From an uncultured Clostridia bacterium (lineage in GTDB: Bacteria > Bacillota > Clostridia > Christensenellales > UBA1242): a DNA stretch of 55,454 nt. The position numbers and the translations under genes are program-made. Under the pieces are notes generated by a model. The model worked only from the letters and a program-made list of their open reading frames with translations. It had not been told where the DNA came from and did not search any database. The stretch is from assembly GCA_944332395.1 (NCBI GenBank), contig CALVJV010000003.1, positions 1 to 55,454 of the forward strand, given 5' to 3'. Of the stretch, positions 35,456 to 44,475 are shown piece by piece (within the stretch, counting starts at the first letter, position 1; the number at the start of each line of letters is the position of its first letter).

Positions 35456-36208
35456 TTAAAGACCAAAATGAGAAAAATAATACATAAAGACTCCAGCGGC
35501 AACCGAAACATTTAAACTCTCAATAGCACCAGACATTGGTAAAGAAATTTTTTTACCAATATTTTTAAACTCGGTAGAAACACCATTTGCTTCATTTCCC
35601 AAAACGAGTCCAAATGAAACTGGAAAATTCTTAATATCAAATACACTATCGCCTTCAGCTGTAGCAACATAAAAAAAATGCGATTGCGCAATATTAACAA
35701 CTTCATCACTAGACATAAAATACAGGTTTACAAAAAATATTCCAGATGAAGAACTTCGAACAACCTTGGGGTTGAACGGATCAACACAATCGACCAAAAT
35801 AATATTTTCAAAACCAGTTGCCACAGCTGTCCTAATTATCGTCCCTAAATTTCCGGGGTCCTGAATTCTATCCAAAATCAAGAATGGTTTTCCAGCAAAA
35901 AATGGCTTAGTTTTTGGAATATAAGCAACAGCTAAAACACCTTGCGAACTTACAGTATTTGACACCAAATCAAATATGGCATCTGAAAGTATTGTTATGT
36001 CACACATAGCACCTTTAATTTTCGGTAAAATCAAATCTTTTTGAGACTCGGCAACAAAAATTTCACTAAGACAATATTTAAAATTAATAGCTTCTTTAAC
36101 CATATGAAACCCTTCAATTAAAAACAATCCAGTTTCTTTTCTACCTTTTTTTGATGCAAGAGAAATTAACATTTTAACTTTTTTATTCGTTTTACTAGAA
36201 ATAAGCAT
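35456..36208 (-). CDS. TrmH/SpoU-family RNA 2'-O-methyltransferase
   Basis: SpoU motifs DRIQDPGNLGTIIRTA, LVLGNEANGVS, IPMSGAIESLNVSVAAG. N-terminal substrate-binding domain. Confidence 0.85.
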   Translation of the reverse strand: MLISSKTNKKVKMLISLASKKGRKETGLFLIEGFHMVKEAINFKYCLSEIFVAESQKDLILPKIKGAMCDITILSDAIFDLVSNTVSSQGVLAVAYIPKTKPFFAGKPFLILDRIQDPGNLGTIIRTAVATGFENIILVDCVDPFNPKVVRSSSSGIFFVNLYFMSSDEVVNIAQSHFFYVATAEGDSVFDIKNFPVSFGLVLGNEANGVSTEFKNIGKKISLPMSGAIESLNVSVAAGVFMYYFSHFGL

Positions 36209-36216
36209 TATACCTC

Positions 36217-36242
36217 CAAAAAAAGACGACCAGTGGTCGTCT
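36217..36242 (-). terminator. rho-independent terminator after rplT
   Basis: On the minus strand: agacgaccactggtcgtct hairpin followed by a T7 run (A run at 36217-36223 on the plus strand). Confidence 0.75.
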
Positions 36243-36247
36243 CTAAA

Positions 36248-36604
36248 TTATTTATTTAATGCTTTTTTTGCAATATCCGTCAACTTTGCAAAATTCTCCT
36301 TGTCGTTAACAGCCATATCAGCTAAAACCTTTCTATTAAGCGAAACACCAGCAAGACTCAACCCATGCATAAAATTACTATAACTTAAATCATGTGCTCG
36401 AGTTCCAGCATTAATTCTAGCAATCCACAATTTTCTAAAATCTCTTTTTTTGTTCTTTCGACCAATATAAGCATATTGTCCGCTTTTCATCACAGATTCG
36501 CGTGCAACACGATACAACGTGCTACGAGAACCTCTAAAGCCTTTAGCCATTTTAATAATTTTAACTTTCTTTTTATGTGCATTGACACCACGTTTAATTC
36601 TCAT
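36248..36604 (-). CDS. rplT: 50S ribosomal protein L20
   Basis: MRIKRGVNAHKKKVKIIKMAKGFRGSRS... is canonical L20. ATG 36604 is preferred over TTG 36610. Confidence 0.95.
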   Translation of the reverse strand: MRIKRGVNAHKKKVKIIKMAKGFRGSRSTLYRVARESVMKSGQYAYIGRKNKKRDFRKLWIARINAGTRAHDLSYSNFMHGLSLAGVSLNRKVLADMAVNDKENFAKLTDIAKKALNK

Positions 36605-36618
36605 ATCCAACGATCCTC

Positions 36619-36816
36619 CTAGTTATTGCCAATTAATTTTTTAATTGTCTTTTCTTCACCCTTTGAAACATAGGCTGACTTGCGAAGTTCTCTTTTTCTT
36701 CCAGTTTCCTTATCTGTCAAGAGGTGGCGTTTGTTCTGTTTCGAACGCTTTACTTTGCCAGATGGCGTTAATTTAAATCTTTTTTTAGCAGTACTGCTAT
36801 TTTTTTGTTTTGGCAT
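36619..36816 (-). CDS. rpmI: 50S ribosomal protein L35
   Basis: 65-aa basic protein, MPKQKNSSTAKKRFKLTPSGKVKR, located between infC and rplT. Confidence 0.93.
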   Translation of the reverse strand: MPKQKNSSTAKKRFKLTPSGKVKRSKQNKRHLLTDKETGRKRELRKSAYVSKGEEKTIKKLIGNN

Positions 36817-36831
36817 AATAAGTCCCTTCCT

Positions 36832-37371
36832 TTATTTTTTATTTGACTTAGGAGCAATAATAACAGAAATGCTACGCCCCTCAATTCCAATTGGTTTTTC
36901 TTTTTGACCAAACTCCTCAAGAAGTTTGGCAAAATTCTCTATAATTTCGACGCCTTTTTCAGAATAAGCGGTTTGCCTACCCCTCATAAGTATTGACAAC
37001 TTAACTTTATTTCCGCTTTTCAAAAATTTAATTGCATTTTTCGCTTTAAATTCAATATCATGCTCCCCAATGGCAAAATTTCTACTATTTTTACCCTGAA
37101 GCCTAATTTCCTTTACTTCTACAATTTTTTGATTTTTCTTGGCTTCTTTTTCTTTTTTATTTAATTCAAACTTAAACTTTCCATAATCCATTATTTTGCA
37201 AACTGGAGGAACAGCATTTGGCGAAATTTTCACTAAATCAAAACCCAACTCTTCGGCTTTCTTATTAGCTTCAACAGAACTCATAATTCCTAATTGGGTT
37301 CCGTCATAATTAATTACCCTAACTTCTTTATCCCTAATTTGATTGTTAATTTGATGTTCGATTTTAATAAT
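36832..37371 (-). CDS. infC: translation initiation factor IF-3 (probable ATT start)
   Basis: INNQIRDKEVRVI...PPVCKIMDYGKFKFE is the IF-3 pattern. SD AAGGAGGA is followed by tacc ATT ATT (37371/37368), the non-canonical start typical of infC. The upstream Met of the tracked ORF is probably not used. Confidence 0.9.
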   Translation of the reverse strand: MIKIEHQINNQIRDKEVRVINYDGTQLGIMSSVEANKKAEELGFDLVKISPNAVPPVCKIMDYGKFKFELNKKEKEAKKNQKIVEVKEIRLQGKNSRNFAIGEHDIEFKAKNAIKFLKSGNKVKLSILMRGRQTAYSEKGVEIIENFAKLLEEFGQKEKPIGIEGRSISVIIAPKSNKK

Positions 37372-37508
37372 GGTATCCTCCTTAAAAAAGTTAAAAGCGG
37401 ACAATCACAAGATCACCCGCTAATACAAAACTAAAATAGTAATATATTAAAACAGAACCGAGCAAAATTTCCATTCACAGGGTGAGAAGTGATCTTCTAC
37501 TTTAAACA
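37372..37508 (-). promoter_or_regulatory. infC-rpmI-rplT leader with attenuator (L20-leader-like)
   Basis: On the minus strand: hairpin GCGGGTGATCTTGTGATTGTCCGC (37420-37397) followed by TTTTAACTTTTTT just before the SD. Upstream AGATCAC..ACCC can pair with GGGTGATCT as an alternative long-range helix, as in the Bacillus L20-controlled leader. Confidence 0.55.
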
Positions 37509-37514
37509 ACAGAC

Positions 37515-37543
37515 ATATTATCATAGGCTAATAGATATGTCAA
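37515..37543 (-). promoter_or_regulatory. infC operon promoter (TTGACA-17-TGaTAATAT)
   Basis: On the minus strand: ttgaca (37543-37538), a 17-nt spacer ending in tga, taatat (37520-37515). Confidence 0.6.
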
Positions 37544-37561
37544 GCAAAAAATAAAATTTAT

Positions 37562-39493
37562 TTAAAATTTATCCGTTAAATTAATATCCTTATTTTCATT
37601 CAACTTAATTACCCCATTAGTAAATTGTTGAACAGACACTCCGAAAATTTGTGCACCGTTTCTTACTCTAACAGCAACCGAATTTGATTCAACTTCTTTT
37701 TTGCCAACGACTAAAACATAAGGAACTTTTAAAAGCGTATAATGTTTAATTTTATTATTCATATTGGAATCAGACAAATCCACTTCAACACGCAACCCTA
37801 ACTTTTTAAAATGCTCTTTTAGCTTCACAGCATATTCAGCAAATTCAGCACCAACAGGCACTATTGCAATCTGAGTTGGAGAAATCCAAAATGGAAAATT
37901 CCCAGAAAAGTGTTCAATTAAAATACCAATAAATCTTTCGAGGGATCCATAAATAACCCTATGAACAACAACAGGAGTTTTTCTTTCTCCATCTTTATCA
38001 GTATAAGTCAGGTCAAATCTAGATGGCAATTGCATATCGAGTTGAAAAGTTCCCGTCTGCCAATTTCTCCCAATAGCATCTTTCATCCATAAATCAATTT
38101 TAGGTCCATAGAATGCACCACCGCCCTCATCTACTTTATAACCATTTTTACCAAATCTTCTAGTTAAAATATCGTGCAAAATATTCTCTGCTTTGTCCCA
38201 AGTTTCTTTCTCCCCCAAATACTTTTCTGGTCTAGTCGATAAAACAGGAGTAAACTTAATATCAAACACTTTATAAAATCTCTCGGCTAAATCGAAAAGA
38301 TGCTCATACTCATCTTGAATTTGATCAAACGAAATAAAATTATGGGAATCATCTTGATGAAAACAGCGCACTCTAAAAAGCCCATGCAAGGTTCCTGATT
38401 TTTCATTTCTATGCAATGTATCACAATCTGAAATACGCATAGGCAAATCTCTATAAGACCTAACTTTGCTTTTAAAAATAAGCATGGCATTAGGACAGTT
38501 CATTGGTTTTAAAGCAAATTGAACATCTGGTTGATCTTTCTCGATTAAGAACATATCGTCTTTATAATGATCCCAATGCCCACTAGTTTGCCAAAGAGTG
38601 CTGTTATTAATTAATGGAGAAGAACACTCATAGTAATTATATTCATCATGGACTTGACGCCAAAAATCTATTAAAGTATTAAAAAGTTTTAAACCTCTTG
38701 GCAAAAAATATGGACAACCAGGACTAGTTTCATGCATAAAGAAAAGCTCTTGTTGCAAACCCAATTTTCTATGATCTCGCTTTTCGGCTTCCTCTAGGGC
38801 AACAAAATAATCCTCCATTTTTTGTTTGGAATCAAAAGCAACACCATAAATTCTGGTTAGCATTTTATTTTTCTCATCACCATGCCAATAAGCTCCAGCA
38901 ATTTTGGTCAATTTAAAGGCCTTAACTAAACCAGTTGAACGCAAATGTGGTCCCCTGCAAATATCATACCATTCACCTTGAGTATAAATAGTGATTTTTT
39001 CGCCTTTAGGAATTGCTTCAATCAGCTCAATTTTGTATGGCTCTTGATTTTCTTTCGCCATTTTAATAGCCTGCGATCTAGACACTTCTTTTCTTTCAAT
39101 TTTAAAATTTGCCTTAACAATTTTACGCATTTCTAGTTCAATTTTTTCTAAATCGGCCGCACTAATCTGTGTTTTAAAATCAATATCGTAAAAAAAGCCA
39201 TCAGCCGTAGCTGGACCAATAGTTAATCTTGCCGTTGGATAAATAGTCTGAACAGCGTGAGCCAAAATATGCGCAGCAGTATGTCTGAGAATCGCCTGAC
39301 CTTCCTCGCTATTAAGATAAACAAATTCTAGTTCAGCATCTTCTTCAATTGGCAAAAACATATCAATTAATTTACCCTCTATTTTAATGGCGACAACATT
39401 TTTTTCGTCAGAGCCCAATAATTGTTTTGCAATATCGTGACCTGACACGCCTTCATCAAAATCATACTTTTTATCATCTACAATAATTTCCAT
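37562..39493 (-). CDS. thrS: threonine--tRNA ligase
   Basis: TGS N-terminus, editing-domain HTAAHILAHA, class II core (FRVRCFHQDDSH, GAFYGPKID), anticodon-binding C-terminus. ATG 39493 is preferred (SD aaggag) over GTG 39502. Confidence 0.95.
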   Translation of the reverse strand: MEIIVDDKKYDFDEGVSGHDIAKQLLGSDEKNVVAIKIEGKLIDMFLPIEEDAELEFVYLNSEEGQAILRHTAAHILAHAVQTIYPTARLTIGPATADGFFYDIDFKTQISAADLEKIELEMRKIVKANFKIERKEVSRSQAIKMAKENQEPYKIELIEAIPKGEKITIYTQGEWYDICRGPHLRSTGLVKAFKLTKIAGAYWHGDEKNKMLTRIYGVAFDSKQKMEDYFVALEEAEKRDHRKLGLQQELFFMHETSPGCPYFLPRGLKLFNTLIDFWRQVHDEYNYYECSSPLINNSTLWQTSGHWDHYKDDMFLIEKDQPDVQFALKPMNCPNAMLIFKSKVRSYRDLPMRISDCDTLHRNEKSGTLHGLFRVRCFHQDDSHNFISFDQIQDEYEHLFDLAERFYKVFDIKFTPVLSTRPEKYLGEKETWDKAENILHDILTRRFGKNGYKVDEGGGAFYGPKIDLWMKDAIGRNWQTGTFQLDMQLPSRFDLTYTDKDGERKTPVVVHRVIYGSLERFIGILIEHFSGNFPFWISPTQIAIVPVGAEFAEYAVKLKEHFKKLGLRVEVDLSDSNMNNKIKHYTLLKVPYVLVVGKKEVESNSVAVRVRNGAQIFGVSVQQFTNGVIKLNENKDINLTDKF

Positions 39494-39506
39494 ATAAAAC
39501 ACTCCT

Positions 39507-39735
39507 TAAAAAAATCCCTGACAAAGTATAATACTCTGTCAGGGACGAATTAAACATTCGCGGTTCCACCCTGCTTGCCCTAATCCAAGGGCCACTCAAA
39601 GTGTTTATTGAGGTTAAACACAAAACCTTGTCACAAGTGGTGGTATTTAATTGTTTAATATCAAGGGCTTACAGCCAAAGACCCCATTCTCTAAAGATAC
39701 GACAACAACAAACATGTCCTCTTGTACAACTATGT
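39507..39735 (-). promoter_or_regulatory. T-box leader (Thr specifier ACC) controlling thrS
   Basis: On the minus strand: AGAGA box, ACCACC in the specifier region (39644-39639), and T-box sequence GCAGGGTGGAACCGCG (39574-39559). Terminator TCCCTGACAGAGTATTATACTTTGTCAGGGA (39545-39515) is followed by T7. Confidence 0.85.
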
Positions 39736-39741
39736 AATTTG

Positions 39742-39770
39742 ATGATACAACAAAATAAAAATGCTGTCAA
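39742..39770 (-). promoter_or_regulatory. thrS promoter (TTGACA-17-TATCAT)
   Basis: On the minus strand: ttgaca (39770-39765), a 17-nt spacer, tatcat (39747-39742). Confidence 0.6.
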
Positions 39771-39787
39771 TCTTTTTTTAAAAAATT

Positions 39788-40525
39788 TTAAACAAGATCA
39801 AGTTTCTGTTTTATTCTATCTTCAAAAATAGGACTAAGACACTCTAATTGATTAGAGCACACCACAATAGTTTTTGGCAATAATGTGATCAACTGATGAA
39901 TAAGCGAAGAAAGCATATTGCTATCATTCTGAAAGAAAAACTGAACCTCATTTCTTGCGTTAAAAATCATTGCACCAGTATTGACAATTTTAACATAAAC
40001 CTCATCGCATTCAACCGGACTAGATTTTAGCAAAAATTTCATCATTTCAATCAGGCCTTTATTGGGGGCGAGCTGAATAACATTATCAATAACAAGTTGA
40101 ACAATTTCAGCCCATCTATCAACCAACAATGGCAACCTAAAATTAAAAAATGAATCCAAATAAAGTTCATTTGCCAAACAAAGATTATCATACACATATT
40201 TTTTGTCGGTATCTTTATCAAACACCGCTAAAGCCGAATAAAAAGCAGATTTCGAAACCTCATCAAGAAATGGAATCTTTAAATTTTCTGTAAAATATCT
40301 ATACTTATACTCCACAGAAAAATACTCAACTATTTCATCTTTAATTCTAGATCTAATGAACTCAGTGAATTTATCATTTACTGCAATAGAAAGCTTTTCA
40401 CGACCATTTACAAGTTCATGAACATACAAACCTTTACAATTAGAAACTTCATTGATTATATTTTTGGTCAAATTTCTCATTGAACAGAAATTAGAAAATT
40501 GATCAGAGATAGTTACTTCAAACAT
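39788..40525 (-). CDS. hypothetical protein, possibly YtxC-like sporulation protein
   Basis: The position immediately upstream of thrS matches ytxC in Bacillus and Clostridium. SD aaggag. No motif could be verified by eye. Confidence 0.35.
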   Translation of the reverse strand: MFEVTISDQFSNFCSMRNLTKNIINEVSNCKGLYVHELVNGREKLSIAVNDKFTEFIRSRIKDEIVEYFSVEYKYRYFTENLKIPFLDEVSKSAFYSALAVFDKDTDKKYVYDNLCLANELYLDSFFNFRLPLLVDRWAEIVQLVIDNVIQLAPNKGLIEMMKFLLKSSPVECDEVYVKIVNTGAMIFNARNEVQFFFQNDSNMLSSLIHQLITLLPKTIVVCSNQLECLSPIFEDRIKQKLDLV

Positions 40526-40675
40526 TAGTCAACTCCTTTGGCATCCCTAGTAGTCTATTCGTAAGCAATATATTCTATTCAAAGAAGTTGAAAAAATCTA
40601 CAAAACAAGAAATTTTCGACTAAAATCGACTTAAAATAAGCATATTATGTCACACATAATACCAATATAAAATGC

Positions 40676-41311
40676 TTAAATTCTAAACTCACCTTGTCCA
40701 AAGCCATCAAAAGAAGTAGATCCAAAATTTTCTTTTTCTTTAATATCTTCATTTATTCCAATTTTTGTTTTTGCCTCAGCAAAAAGCTCTATTAATTCAT
40801 CACGATCAATTAATTTTACATCAGTTTCTCTAGCTAGAACCTCTGCAGCCTGAGTAAAGTTTGAATTTGTAACCACCCAAGCTTCGTTTGCCTTATAATG
40901 TATTTTTGCAGCATTAATCTCTTGAACAGACTTTGCTCCAACACTTTTGTTATAGCGTTTTGCCTGGACAACAATCAAACTATTATTATCATCTGATAAA
41001 ATTAAATCAGCCCCATAATCCCTCGATTTTTTTGTTACATCAACCTTATATCCTAAGTAAAAAAATATTGCTCTTAATAATTCTTCAAACTCATATCCTT
41101 CCATTATGTCGATTTTGGTTATATCAGTTTTCATGATAAGAAACTTCCCTTTTTTGTCAGAATTTAGAAATTTTCTTTTTTTATCAAATTTATATGAAAA
41201 CCAAAACAAACCAAACACCAATAAAATTGGCAATAAAATTACAAATAGAATAATAGAAAAGATTCGCCTAAATGCTGAAATTTTTTTTAATTTTCTATTT
41301 TGATTATCCAT
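40676..41311 (-). CDS. membrane-anchored Mrr-like (PD-(D/E)xK) restriction endonuclease domain protein
   Basis: N-terminal TM helix (IFSIILFVILLPILLVFGLFWF). Mrr_cat-like core YEFEELL...LGY...DYGADLIL....LIVVQAKRY (D...QxK). Confidence 0.7.
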   Translation of the reverse strand: MDNQNRKLKKISAFRRIFSIILFVILLPILLVFGLFWFSYKFDKKRKFLNSDKKGKFLIMKTDITKIDIMEGYEFEELLRAIFFYLGYKVDVTKKSRDYGADLILSDDNNSLIVVQAKRYNKSVGAKSVQEINAAKIHYKANEAWVVTNSNFTQAAEVLARETDVKLIDRDELIELFAEAKTKIGINEDIKEKENFGSTSFDGFGQGEFRI

Positions 41312-41334
41312 TTATAACCCCACAAAAATAAAAG

Positions 41335-41985
41335 TTATTTATCTTTTGGCTCATCATTATCAATTTCGTCACAATTAGATTCTAAACTAGTTTTATTTTT
41401 CTTTAATTCTTTTTTTTGGTTTAGTTTCTGTTTTAATTTAAAATAAAAATTATCCCAAAATTTCCCTAATGGCGGCAAAGCCAAAAGAGCAACAGCACAC
41501 CAAATTCCCCCTAGTGCAATACCCGCAACTGTATCGGTCAAATAATGAACGCCCAAATACATCCTATCAATTATCATAACCAATACAAAAACTGAAATAG
41601 CTATCGAATAAAAGATTCTACCCTTCTTTTTAAATGATGCAAAAACAATATAAAACAAAAAGATAGCAATTACTATTGTTGCAGTCAAATGGCCACTTGG
41701 CATCGAAAAGCCAGATTCTCCACCAATATTTGCAATATCAAAATTTGATACAAAAGGTCTTGGTCTTTGAATAATATTTTTTAAAAGCCAACATGAAAAA
41801 TATGCAAGTCCTTCTGTTATTAAAAAAGCCACTCCAACTTTTTTGTTATATAAAAAGAAGAACATCAAAAAAAAGACCAAAACAGCCCAAACGGAGCCTA
41901 AATATGCATAAACATTAAAAAAAGCGTCCCAAAAATCGCTTCTAATAGACTGAAGGCTTTTTATAATATTAACTTCGAAACCCAC
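41335..41985 (-). CDS. PAP2-family lipid phosphatase
   Basis: PAP2 motifs KNIIQRPRP, PSGH, YLGVHYLTD. Multiple TM helices. GTG start with SD aaggagag. Confidence 0.8.
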   Translation of the reverse strand: MGFEVNIIKSLQSIRSDFWDAFFNVYAYLGSVWAVLVFFLMFFFLYNKKVGVAFLITEGLAYFSCWLLKNIIQRPRPFVSNFDIANIGGESGFSMPSGHLTATIVIAIFLFYIVFASFKKKGRIFYSIAISVFVLVMIIDRMYLGVHYLTDTVAGIALGGIWCAVALLALPPLGKFWDNFYFKLKQKLNQKKELKKNKTSLESNCDEIDNDEPKDK

Positions 41986-42055
41986 AAAATCTCTCCTTTT
42001 TGTTTATTATAACATCAAAACACTAAAGCTATCAACTTTTTAATTTAAATTTTTA

Positions 42056-42084
42056 TTGACTAAATTTTTAGTCCATGATAACAT
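42056..42084 (+). promoter_or_regulatory. cmk promoter (TTGACT-17-TGaTAACAT), 6 nt before the ATG
   Basis: ttgact at 42056-42061, a 17-nt spacer ending in tga, taacat at 42079-42084. ATG at 42091. No SD. Confidence 0.5.
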
Positions 42085-42090
42085 AAAATC

Positions 42091-42789
42091 ATGAGTAAAT
42101 TTAAAGTTATAGCAATAGATGGAACAGCAGCTTCGGGAAAAGGCACTCTAGCAAAGGCATTAGCAAAAAAATTAGGTTATTTGCACCTTGACACTGGTTC
42201 AATATATAGAGCAGCAACAGTTCATATAATTAAGCAAGGTATTAATCCATACGATGAAGAAGCCGTTGTCTCATCAGTTAAAAGCGCAATAATAGAAGCA
42301 AAACCATCTAATAACGAAACAGAAATATATTTAAATGGTGAAAATTTATCTCGATCAAACCAATTAAGAACTAGTAAAATAAGCAATACAGTTCCAATAA
42401 TTTCAAAATACACCCAATTACGGGAACAAGTAAGAAAAATTCAAAAAAGCATAGCAAACACAAATAATGTCGTTATGGAAGGACGAGACGTAACCACTGT
42501 TGTATTTCCAGATGCATTTGTAAAATTTTTTATAACAGCATCATTAGATATAAGATCAGAAAGGCGAATGAAAGATCTCCAAAAGAGTGGCGAAGATATT
42601 ACATTTGAAGCAGTAAAAAATTCAATCAAAAAAAGAGATTACGATGACGAACACAGAGACCATAGTCCCCTAGTTTGTCCAAAAGATGCCATAATAATAG
42701 ATAACGGCAAAAACACAATAGAAGAATCTGTAACACAAATGCTAGTAACCATTAAAGCAAAATTAGATTCTAATAATCTAACTAAATGA
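42091..42789 (+). CDS. cmk: cytidylate kinase
   Basis: IAIDGTAASGKGTLAKALAKKLGYLHLDTGSIYRA is the canonical Cmk N-terminus. MEGRDVTTVVFPDA. Confidence 0.92.
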   Translation: MSKFKVIAIDGTAASGKGTLAKALAKKLGYLHLDTGSIYRAATVHIIKQGINPYDEEAVVSSVKSAIIEAKPSNNETEIYLNGENLSRSNQLRTSKISNTVPIISKYTQLREQVRKIQKSIANTNNVVMEGRDVTTVVFPDAFVKFFITASLDIRSERRMKDLQKSGEDITFEAVKNSIKKRDYDDEHRDHSPLVCPKDAIIIDNGKNTIEESVTQMLVTIKAKLDSNNLTK

Positions 42790-44433
42790 GTTTTTTACTA
42801 AGCAACCATTATTTAGCACCAAAACTAAATCACATGCTTTAATAATTTGATCATCGTGTGTTGCAATGATAATTGTCTTCGATTTTTTTAATTTAAGAAA
42901 ACTTTTTATCATATCACTTTTTATATCATCGTTTAAATTAGAAGTTGGCTCATCTAACAACAATATTTTTGAATTTTTAATAAACGCGCGAGCCAAAGCA
43001 AGTCTTTGTTTTTCACCATCAGAAAAAGCTGAATTAGATTCTAAAATTTCCGTATCATATCCTTTAGGCCTAATGCTTATTTCATGGTGAATATTAGCAA
43101 GCATACAGGCATTAACTATTTGTTCAAATTGAGCTTTTGGGTTTGCTCTTAGCAAATTATCTTTAATTGTCCCTGAAAACAAATAAGGTTTAGCAGGAAC
43201 AAAGGCAATATTTTTAGTTTGTGAATTAAGAGATAATTTTGTAAGTGCCTTATCATCAATTAAAATTTCCCCTTTATATGGAGAAACTTGTCCAGAAAGC
43301 AACAATAATAAGGTTGTCTTTCCAGAACCACTATCTCCAGTAATAGCAACCATTTGATTTGGTTCAATAACAGCATTAATATTTTTTAAAATTTTCTTTT
43401 TAGGATTATAACTAAACGATAAATTCTTAATTTCAATTTTCCCTTTGGCACTATGTAAGTTAATCTCACCAAACTCTTGATGTAAAAATTTCCTATTGCC
43501 ATTAATAATTTCAGAAATTCTCCCACTTGCAAGATTAACCTCAGCAAATTTACTTTTTAAGTTAAGAAGATCAATCAAAAAGCTTGATGTATGAGTTCTA
43601 TAAATATATACAACAAAAAATGTAGAAACAAGAAGTTTTTGTTCTTTAATCAACATAGCCGAAAGAAATACGAATCCAAAAGATAAGAACCATTTTAAAA
43701 TATTAATAGATTCGGAAATCCAATTTAATTTTTGACTTTCATCAATTTTTATATTTTTAAATTTGGTCAATTCTTTTTCAGCTTTTTTTAAAGAGAACTC
43801 AGAATTTCCTAAATTTTTTAATTCATGCATTCCCAAAACCAATTCATTTGTCACGCTATCTGCTTTTTCGGTTTGACCATAAATTCTTTCCTTTCCCCTT
43901 CTCCATACTCTAACTCTAAAAAAATCTAAAAAAAACAACAAAAAAATTTCTAACACTGAAAACAATCCCAACCAAACATTGGCAAATAAAATAAAAACTA
44001 CAAATGCAATATGTGAAAAAATATTAGCCAACGAAGCAAAAATATCAGAAATTCCAACAGCTAAAATATTCGCATCGTGAGAAATGCGCGTAGTAAATGC
44101 ACCACTTCCATTTTGAGCCAACACCCTAAATTTAATTTTTGATAATGTGTTTAAAATGTCAAGTTTTATTTTGTTTTCAATGTTAGTAGACAAAACAATC
44201 GTAATATACTTTAAAAGAAAATTTAATATTGTCACTAACACTCCAACGCCAAAGAGCCAACCAGCAAAATACAAAGCCCTATCATTATGCGAAATAACGC
44301 CAAGCATATTTCCTTCTAAAATAGGCAAGACAAGAGGGACAACAGAACACAAAACCGAAAAAATTAAACTTGAAATAACAAGTTTATAATAGCCAATGAA
44401 AAATTTCTTATTAGTCAAAAATAATTTTTTCAC
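42778..44433 (-). CDS. ABC exporter, fused permease/ATPase
   Basis: About 300 aa TMD, then Walker A GDSGSGKTT, signature-like SDGEKQRLALARA, Walker B ILLLDEPTS. Apparent GTG start with no clear SD. Confidence 0.8.
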   Translation of the reverse strand: MKKLFLTNKKFFIGYYKLVISSLIFSVLCSVVPLVLPILEGNMLGVISHNDRALYFAGWLFGVGVLVTILNFLLKYITIVLSTNIENKIKLDILNTLSKIKFRVLAQNGSGAFTTRISHDANILAVGISDIFASLANIFSHIAFVVFILFANVWLGLFSVLEIFLLFFLDFFRVRVWRRGKERIYGQTEKADSVTNELVLGMHELKNLGNSEFSLKKAEKELTKFKNIKIDESQKLNWISESINILKWFLSFGFVFLSAMLIKEQKLLVSTFFVVYIYRTHTSSFLIDLLNLKSKFAEVNLASGRISEIINGNRKFLHQEFGEINLHSAKGKIEIKNLSFSYNPKKKILKNINAVIEPNQMVAITGDSGSGKTTLLLLLSGQVSPYKGEILIDDKALTKLSLNSQTKNIAFVPAKPYLFSGTIKDNLLRANPKAQFEQIVNACMLANIHHEISIRPKGYDTEILESNSAFSDGEKQRLALARAFIKNSKILLLDEPTSNLNDDIKSDMIKSFLKLKKSKTIIIATHDDQIIKACDLVLVLNNGCLVKNSFS

Positions 44434-44475
44434 AAAATAATTTTTTCAAAAATAAAAAAATTTAAACCAAATAAA

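Noticed and set aside
39601-39831. 76-aa plus-strand ORF upstream of thrS
   Set aside because: It lies entirely within and antisense to the thrS T-box leader and promoter. It has no SD, and the region is fully explained by the riboswitch-like leader.
40645-40658. Possible XerCD dif site, because of the TTATGT half-site
   Set aside because: Canonical dif has ...CATAA-N6-TTATG... with about 11-bp arms. Here the arms are in the opposite arrangement (TTATGT-CAC-ACATAA) with a 3-nt centre, so it does not fit dif geometry.
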